Positions 57,639-64,000 of a stretch of 64,000 bases of DNA are shown piece after piece. Origin of the DNA: Candidatus Bathyarchaeia archaeon. Lineage in GTDB: Archaea; Thermoproteota; Bathyarchaeia; Bathyarchaeales; Bathycorpusculaceae. Position numbers and translations under genes: made by a program. Each line of letters opens with the position of its first letter. Positions within the stretch are counted from its first letter, which is position 1. The stretch covers positions 224,001 through 288,000 of the forward strand of contig JAVZLQ010000001.1 of NCBI GenBank assembly GCA_038883655.1, read 5' to 3'. Below the pieces are notes generated by a model that worked only from the letters and a program-made list of their open reading frames with translations, did no database searches and was not told where the DNA came from.

Positions 57639-60302
57639 GTGGGTACAGAAAATCTCGACAAAATTTTTAATCCAAAAAGTGTTGCAGTTATAGGCGCAAG
57701 CGACAAAGAGGGTTCTGTAGGTGCCAGACTTCTACGAAACCTTGTTGGTGTCGGTTATCAAGGCGTTGTCTATCCCGTCAACCCCTTCAAATCCACCGTG
57801 CAGGGAATAAAAGCCTACCCAAGCATTTTAAAGATTCCTTGGCGCGTAGATCTTGCGATAATCGCAACTCCAGCACACACAATCCCCCAAATAATGGAAG
57901 AATGCGGGAAAGCTGGGGTTTCAGGAGCAATCATAATATCAGCCATATACAGGGAGACCGGAAAGGACGGAGATGCAATTGAAAGGCAGATTCTAAAATG
58001 CAAAAACGAGTATGGAATGCGTGTGATTGGACCAAACAGTTTTGGAGTCATGCGTCCAAAAATAGGGTTAAACGCAACCTTTGCGAACAAAGCTGCACTT
58101 CCAGGAAAAATAGCTTTCATATCGCAGAGCGCAGCTCTATGCGCATCCGCCCTAGACTGGGCTTCTGATGCACATATAGGCTTCAGCGCAGTTGTGTCTA
58201 CAGGATCGATGCTTGACGTTGACCTTGGAGACCTAATAGACTATTTCGGTGCAGATGCTCAAACAAGAAGCATAGTGCTTTATCTCGAATGTATAAAAAA
58301 TGCGCGGAAATTTATGAGCGCGGCAAGGGGCTTCGCGAGAGCAAAACCAATTGTTGTTGTGAAGGCTGGGCGCTTCAGTGAGAGCGTAGAGGCAACATTT
58401 TCTCATACTGGTGAGCTGTGCGGAGACGACGCTGTTTATGATGCTGCTTTTAGACGTGCTGGGATCGTCCGTGTGGAAGCATTAAGCGACCTCTTCAACT
58501 GTGCAGAGGCGTTGGCGATGCAGCCAAACCCGAAAGGTCCAAGCCTCACAATAATAACGAATGCTGGTGGACCTGGAATAATCGCGACAGATACGCTAAT
58601 TGCTAAGGGCGGAAAACTCGCGAGTTTGAGCAACGAAACAGTTAAGGCTTTAAAAGAGGTTTTGCCGCCATACTGCAGCATATCCAACCCCATCGACATT
58701 TTTGAAGAAGCTACACCAGAAAGATTCAAAAAAGTTATCGAAATTTGCCTACAAGACCCGAAAAGCGACGGCTTCTTAATTATTTACACTCCTCAAGGGG
58801 CAACAGACCCTATGACAATTGCTAGGATAATTGTTGAGGCTTCCAAAAGAACTTCAAAACCCATCTTGGCTTCGCTTCTCGGCGAGAATGGCTGCCGAAT
58901 GGCTAGGCGCATGTTGCAGAAAAATCGCATTCCAGCATTCACAACTCCAGAGCAAGCAGTCTCCACCTTCATGTACATGTACAGTTACACACAGAACCTT
59001 GAACTTCTATATCAGACTCCAGAAGAGCTCCCAATAGAATTTTCTATTCCAGCTTTTCTCAAAGAAGTTTTGAAAAAAGCTTTTGAAGAGGGAAGGCAAA
59101 TTCTGAACGTTTACGAGTCCCTACAGTTTCTTGAAGCCTACAAAATCCCTACGGTAAAGACTTTGTTTGCAAAAACTTCGGAAGAGGCGGAGGTTGCTGC
59201 TTCTCAAGTTGGGTATCCAGTGGTTATGAAGGCTGTTTCACCTCAGATAACCCACAAGTCAAGAGCCGAGGGAGTAATCCTAAACGTTTGGTCTCCAGCA
59301 GAAGTAAAAACGTTCTTTAACGAGCTGATTGAAAGAGTTAAAAAATACAGTCCGGGAGCCCAATTTCAAGGCGTCGTCATCCAACCTATGATTCAGAAGA
59401 GAGGCTATGAGCTTTTAATAGGCGTAAAGAGGGATTCACAGTTTGGCTCGGTTATAGCCTTCGGAATGGGCGGCATAGCGGCGGAAGTAGCAAAAGACAT
59501 AAGCATTGGTTTTCCGCCCTTAAATGTGGTTCTTGCAAGACGCCTTATGGAGAGAACTGCGGTATATTCTCGCTTGACAAGCGAGTTTCAGTCCGGCGCA
59601 AAAGTTCTCGAAGAAATTTTGGTGAAGTTTTCACAACTAGTGATAGATTTTCCAGAAATAAAGGAGATAGACGTAAACCCATTAATTTTTGATGGAAGTA
59701 ACGCTGTGGCTGTTGACGCTCGCATAGTAATAGACTCTGAAAGGATTACACGTGGCATTCAAGCGCATGAACACCTGGTTATAGCGCCTTACCCAAGAAA
59801 GTATATCATCGAGTGCAAGCTGAAAAACGGGGTTTGCGTAGTACTAAGACCAATAAAACCAGAAGATGAAGTTCTCCTTGCCGAGCTTTTCAAGTCCCTT
59901 TCAGAAGAAACCATGCGACTGCGATTTTTCCAGGTTATTAAAGAAATGCCACACGAAACCCTAACTAGATACTGCAATTTGGACTATGACCGTGAAATTG
60001 CCATTGTTGCCGAGGTTCAAGGAGAGAAGAGGCAAATAATAGGTGTTGTAAGGGCAATTTCGGAGCCTGGACGAAGCTGCGGAGAATTTGCCGTGATTGT
60101 GGGCGACCAGTGGCAGGGGCTTGGTCTCGGCTCAAAGCTTGTAGATTATATCATTGAGATTTGCAAAGAAATGGGATTAAGAACCATGTATGGCATTGTT
60201 TCGACAAACAACTCCAGAATGATTCATATATGCACGAAGAGAGGTTTCCATATGGAACCCTATGGCGAAGACCTTGTTAAGGCAACGCTTAACCTAACTT
60301 AA
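57639..60302 (+). CDS. Acyl-CoA synthetase (NDP-forming)-GNAT fusion, Pat/YfiQ-type protein acetyltransferase
   Basis: CoA-binding domain, SHTG, ATP-grasp (THKS, DVNP), C-terminal GNAT (RPIKPED, DYDREIA, WQGLGLG). Confidence 0.88.
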   Translation: MGTENLDKIFNPKSVAVIGASDKEGSVGARLLRNLVGVGYQGVVYPVNPFKSTVQGIKAYPSILKIPWRVDLAIIATPAHTIPQIMEECGKAGVSGAIIISAIYRETGKDGDAIERQILKCKNEYGMRVIGPNSFGVMRPKIGLNATFANKAALPGKIAFISQSAALCASALDWASDAHIGFSAVVSTGSMLDVDLGDLIDYFGADAQTRSIVLYLECIKNARKFMSAARGFARAKPIVVVKAGRFSESVEATFSHTGELCGDDAVYDAAFRRAGIVRVEALSDLFNCAEALAMQPNPKGPSLTIITNAGGPGIIATDTLIAKGGKLASLSNETVKALKEVLPPYCSISNPIDIFEEATPERFKKVIEICLQDPKSDGFLIIYTPQGATDPMTIARIIVEASKRTSKPILASLLGENGCRMARRMLQKNRIPAFTTPEQAVSTFMYMYSYTQNLELLYQTPEELPIEFSIPAFLKEVLKKAFEEGRQILNVYESLQFLEAYKIPTVKTLFAKTSEEAEVAASQVGYPVVMKAVSPQITHKSRAEGVILNVWSPAEVKTFFNELIERVKKYSPGAQFQGVVIQPMIQKRGYELLIGVKRDSQFGSVIAFGMGGIAAEVAKDISIGFPPLNVVLARRLMERTAVYSRLTSEFQSGAKVLEEILVKFSQLVIDFPEIKEIDVNPLIFDGSNAVAVDARIVIDSERITRGIQAHEHLVIAPYPRKYIIECKLKNGVCVVLRPIKPEDEVLLAELFKSLSEETMRLRFFQVIKEMPHETLTRYCNLDYDREIAIVAEVQGEKRQIIGVVRAISEPGRSCGEFAVIVGDQWQGLGLGSKLVDYIIEICKEMGLRTMYGIVSTNNSRMIHICTKRGFHMEPYGEDLVKATLNLT

Positions 60303-60323
60303 AATCAAAAAAGAAATGGAAAG

Positions 60324-62264
60324 TCATTTTTGCTGTAATTGTTTCCTTATTTCTTCGTAAGCGGATTTTATCTCCTCTATCGAGGCTTCATCCTCCAATG
60401 TTGAAACGTCTCCTAAGGATGCTCCAGATAACACCGCCTTCAAAAGTCTCCGCATGATTTTGCCGCTTCTTGTTTTTGGCAGCCTATTAACGAAAACTAT
60501 GGCTTCTGGTGTCGCTATTGGCCCTATCGTTGTTCTAACGTGCTGTACAAGCTGGGTTCTCAACTCGTCAGATGGTGTATGACCGCTTCTTAACACGACA
60601 AAGGCTACTGGAACCTCGCCTTTAACAGGGTCTTCTTTGCCCATTACCGCTGCTTCCGAGATTGCTGGATGCGAAACCAAGGCGCTTTCAAGTTCCGCCG
60701 TGCCTATCCTGTGACCGGCAACCTTGAGAACTTCGTCCGCCCTTCCCAATAGCCAGAAGTAGCCTTCTGGGTCCTTTACTGCGTAGTCGCCAGTATAGTA
60801 GACGTTTTGAAATCTTCCAAAGTATGTTTGCTTGTACCTTTCCGGGTCTTTCCATAACGTTTCGAGCATTCCAGGCCATGGGGTTTTGATTACCAGGAAT
60901 CCTTTTACACCTGTTGGTGTTGGCTGTCCCTTTTCGTCGTAAACTTCTGCTTTTACGCTTGGAAGCGGAAATGTTGCTGAGCCTGGTTTTAGCGGCACCA
61001 GCTCTATTCCTGGCGTCGGGGCTATCATGAAGCCGCCTGTTTCTGTTTGCCACCACGTGTCTATTATGGGGAGTTTTTCCTTCCCTATTACGCGGAAGTA
61101 CCATCGCCATGCTTCTGGGTTTATTGGCTCGCCGACGCTTCCCAAAAGCCTAAGCGTGCTTAAGTCGTGTTTGTTGACCCATTCCTCTCCAAATCGCATG
61201 AACATCCTTATCGCCGTCGGCGTTGTATACAATATTGTTATACCGTGCCTTTCAATTATGTCCCACCACCTGTCTTGGGCTGGATAGTCTGGTGTTCCCT
61301 CGAAGAGGAATGACGTTATCCCCATGGTTAGTGGTGCGTAAACGTTGTATGTGTGTCCCGTAATCCATCCAATGTCGGCTGTGCACCACCATATGTCGCT
61401 TTCGTTTGGGTTGAATCCCCACTTTAGTGTCCAGTAAGCCCAAACCAGGTAGCCTCCTGTTCCGTGCTGTACGCCCTTTGGCTTTCCTGTTGTTCCAGAA
61501 GTGTAGAGTATGAACAGTGGTTCTGTTGCCTCCATTGGTTCTGGCGGGACATAAGCGTTCTGTTCAACTTTTTCCATTAACTCGTGGTACCAGTAGTCTC
61601 TTCCTTCTTTCATTGGCACTTGCTGTCCAGTGCGCTTTACGACAATCACCTTTTCTATGCTTGGAGTGTTAGCCAAAGCGCGGTCAGCAGTTTCCTTCAA
61701 CTGTACAGTTTTTCCACGTCTATATGCGCCGTCAGCCGTTACCAAAACTTTTGCTTCACAGTCTTTTATTCTATCTGAGAGGGCCTCGGCGCTGAATCCA
61801 GAGAAAACTACCGCGTGGATTGCGCCTATTCTTGCTGTTGCGAGCATTGTTATTGGAAGTTCGGGAATCATTGGCAAATATATTGCGACTCTGTCACCTT
61901 TTTTGACACCAAAATTTTTGAGTGTTTTCGCGAGTTTGTTTACTTCTCTGTAAAGCTGGTAGTAAGTGTAGGTTTTTATATCGCCTGGTTCGCCTTCCCA
62001 AATGTATGCCAGCATGTTCTTTTTGTGAGTTTTAACGTGTCTATCTACGGCGTTGTAGCAGACGTTTAGAATACCGCCCGGAAACCACTTGTAAAATGGC
62101 GGGTTAGAGTCGTCAAGCACCTTGTTCCATGTCTTAAACCAGTCTATTACTTTTGCTTTTTCTGCCCAGAATTCTTCTGGGTTCTGTATGGATTTTTCCC
62201 ATTCTTCCCTCAAAGTTTTTCCTGGGAATATTTTTTCATTGAATGGCAAACTTGTTTCCGCCAT
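60324..62264 (-). CDS. acs: Acetyl-CoA synthetase (AMP-forming)
   Basis: [48 protein letters not shown]. Confidence 0.95.
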   Translation of the reverse strand: MAETSLPFNEKIFPGKTLREEWEKSIQNPEEFWAEKAKVIDWFKTWNKVLDDSNPPFYKWFPGGILNVCYNAVDRHVKTHKKNMLAYIWEGEPGDIKTYTYYQLYREVNKLAKTLKNFGVKKGDRVAIYLPMIPELPITMLATARIGAIHAVVFSGFSAEALSDRIKDCEAKVLVTADGAYRRGKTVQLKETADRALANTPSIEKVIVVKRTGQQVPMKEGRDYWYHELMEKVEQNAYVPPEPMEATEPLFILYTSGTTGKPKGVQHGTGGYLVWAYWTLKWGFNPNESDIWWCTADIGWITGHTYNVYAPLTMGITSFLFEGTPDYPAQDRWWDIIERHGITILYTTPTAIRMFMRFGEEWVNKHDLSTLRLLGSVGEPINPEAWRWYFRVIGKEKLPIIDTWWQTETGGFMIAPTPGIELVPLKPGSATFPLPSVKAEVYDEKGQPTPTGVKGFLVIKTPWPGMLETLWKDPERYKQTYFGRFQNVYYTGDYAVKDPEGYFWLLGRADEVLKVAGHRIGTAELESALVSHPAISEAAVMGKEDPVKGEVPVAFVVLRSGHTPSDELRTQLVQHVRTTIGPIATPEAIVFVNRLPKTRSGKIMRRLLKAVLSGASLGDVSTLEDEASIEEIKSAYEEIRKQLQQK

Positions 62265-62351
62265 TTTTCAAACCTTCATGAAGTTTTGGAGAAGATTTTA
62301 ACGCGGATATAAATCTTTTTGGATGAAAAAGGAGAAAAGTAAAGGATGATT

Positions 62352-62963
62352 TTAGGTTGTTGGGCAAATTGGCAGAACTGTCTTTCCATGGGTTTCGTTT
62401 AGCACCTCTGCGATGGCTAGGTAGACGGCGCTTAATCCGCAGATTACTCCTTCAACGCCTATTATGCGTGTAAAAAGCTCAAGGTCTACTGCTGTCATTG
62501 GCGTGTATGCTAGCAGCGCTGATTTTGCCGTAAGTAGGAAGAATAGTGTTGCTAGGCTTATGAATACAAATTGCAGTGCGCGGTTTGTTTTCAATGTACC
62601 AAAAAACATTGCCAGTGTGAATAAGCCCCACATGAAGAAGTATGCTGCTTGGGCTTCGTATGAAGGCGCAGCAAGCCCGTAGAAAAACGTGATTTTTGGT
62701 AGCAGCGTTAAGGTTACAAATGACCACCAGAACAAGCCGTAGGATGTGAACGCTACTGTTCCGAATGTGTTGCCCTTCTTGTACTCCATTATGCCAGCTA
62801 TTACTTGGGCTAGTCCGCCGTAGGCTATTCCCATAGCCAAAATCATCGTGTCTAGCGGTCCAAGTTGAGCGTTGTGAACAAAGTTTAGTAGGACTGTTGT
62901 CATTCCGAAGCCTAAAAGTCCAAGGGGGGCTGGATTTGCAGTTTTTTCACTCATATCTTCCAT
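62352..62963 (-). CDS. satP: Acetate uptake channel SatP/GPR1/FUN34/YaaH family
   Basis: [32 protein letters not shown]. Confidence 0.92.
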   Translation of the reverse strand: MEDMSEKTANPAPLGLLGFGMTTVLLNFVHNAQLGPLDTMILAMGIAYGGLAQVIAGIMEYKKGNTFGTVAFTSYGLFWWSFVTLTLLPKITFFYGLAAPSYEAQAAYFFMWGLFTLAMFFGTLKTNRALQFVFISLATLFFLLTAKSALLAYTPMTAVDLELFTRIIGVEGVICGLSAVYLAIAEVLNETHGKTVLPICPTT

Positions 62964-63019
62964 CTCTCTTGCTGCGAAAGTTGTTCGTATAAAAAGGATG
63001 TGGATATAAGGCTTTCTTG

Positions 63020-64000
63020 CTAGGATTTCCGCTTTTTACTTGCAATGTACTTTCCTAACTCTAGAACGGCGAATGTTATTGCCGCGAACGCTAGAGCCAC
63101 TGCCCAGTCTATGAGTTCCGGAGTTCTCACATCAAACAGCGTCTGAAGCTGTGGTGTGTAGAGTACTATTAGCTGGAGACCAAGCGAAGACAGTATTGCA
63201 AGCCAAAGGAACTTGTTCTTGAAGACACCCACCTTAAAAATTGTATGCTTCAGCGACCTTGCCGATAATGCGTTAACTAGTTCCATCAGCACCATAGCCG
63301 TAAACAGTTGTGTCCGCGCCTCCATCAGTTGATCGGGATTTTTCCATGGGAGGAACATGTAATAGCCAAAAATCAGCAATGCCGTCATCAGTATCGGGAT
63401 TGCAGTCAAGTATACTTTGACGTCTTTTGTGAACACGCTTTCTTTCGGGTCTCTCGGCTTTCTCTCCATAAGGTCTGGGTCGCCTGGGTCAACTCCTAAG
63501 GCTAGTGCCGGCAAACCGTCAGTCGTCAAGTTTACCCATAGGATTTGTATTGTTGTTAGGGCTATTGCTGGAGGCTCCATCCCCTCGCCCAACGTAAACT
63601 CTGCTGCTGGACATGTTATCATGACTATGAACATTACGAGGATTTCCATTATGTTGCAACGCAGCAGATATGTCAAATACTTCTTTATGTTGTCGTAGAT
63701 TTCGCGTCCCTCCCTGACCGCTTTAACTATGGATGCGAAGTTGTCGTCAGCCAGAACCATGTCCGAAGCTTCCTTCGTCACTTCTGTTCCAGTTATTCCC
63801 ATTGCAACGCCTATGTCCGATAGCTTGAGCGCTGGAGCGTCGTTAACGCCGTCGCCTGTCATGGCAACGACGTATCCCTTCGCTTTCCAAGCCTTCACAA
63901 TTCGCATTTTGTGTTCTGGCGAAACCCTAGCGTAAATCACTATGTTTTCAACAATTTCGGTTAGCTGTTCGTCGCTTAGCTTGTCCATGTCCGTGCCGGT
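63020..64000 (-). CDS. P-type II (Ca2+-type) ATPase, C-terminal part; truncated by window
   Basis: [45 protein letters not shown]. Confidence 0.92.
   Translation of the reverse strand, partial: TGTDMDKLSDEQLTEIVENIVIYARVSPEHKMRIVKAWKAKGYVVAMTGDGVNDAPALKLSDIGVAMGITGTEVTKEASDMVLADDNFASIVKAVREGREIYDNIKKYLTYLLRCNIMEILVMFIVMITCPAAEFTLGEGMEPPAIALTTIQILWVNLTTDGLPALALGVDPGDPDLMERKPRDPKESVFTKDVKVYLTAIPILMTALLIFGYYMFLPWKNPDQLMEARTQLFTAMVLMELVNALSARSLKHTIFKVGVFKNKFLWLAILSSLGLQLIVLYTPQLQTLFDVRTPELIDWAVALAFAAITFAVLELGKYIASKKRKS

Overview
Archaeal chromosome segment, most consistent with Bathyarchaeia/TACK. Evidence: archaeal ribosomal and translation genes (S19e, L39e, L31e, aIF6, LX, prefoldin alpha, FtsY, SecE, Spt5, L11/L1/P0/P1), a Crenarchaea-type tRNA splicing endonuclease, DGGGP synthase and a dockerin-bearing PQQ-propeller protein. 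The window has five blocks. (1) 1.6-4.4 kb: a patch of at least four frameshifted signalling/regulatory genes, followed by a tRNA-Pro(TGG) with a non-canonical variable-loop intron. (2) 5.7-14 kb: GlpX, a deleted methyltransferase, a dipeptide epimerase, an ABC exporter and a GNAT/unknown/MBL operon. (3) 14.4-29.9 kb: an apparently more AT-rich catabolic island with DUF917, a tungsten AOR and its ferredoxin subunit, IorAB, a nickel-pincer LarA homologue lacking a canonical start codon, an iron-sulfur flavoprotein, an IlvD-family dehydratase, an APC permease, a metallophosphoesterase/nucleotidyltransferase pair and an ADP-forming acyl-CoA synthetase alpha subunit. This is the best candidate for an undescribed pathway. 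(4) 30-57 kb: housekeeping, translation and lipid genes, several with unusual active-site motifs. (5) 57-64 kb: an acetate module (Pat-like acetyltransferase, Acs, SatP) and a truncated P-type ATPase. No CRISPR array, integrase or transposase was seen. All family calls come from motif recognition by eye; no database search was run.
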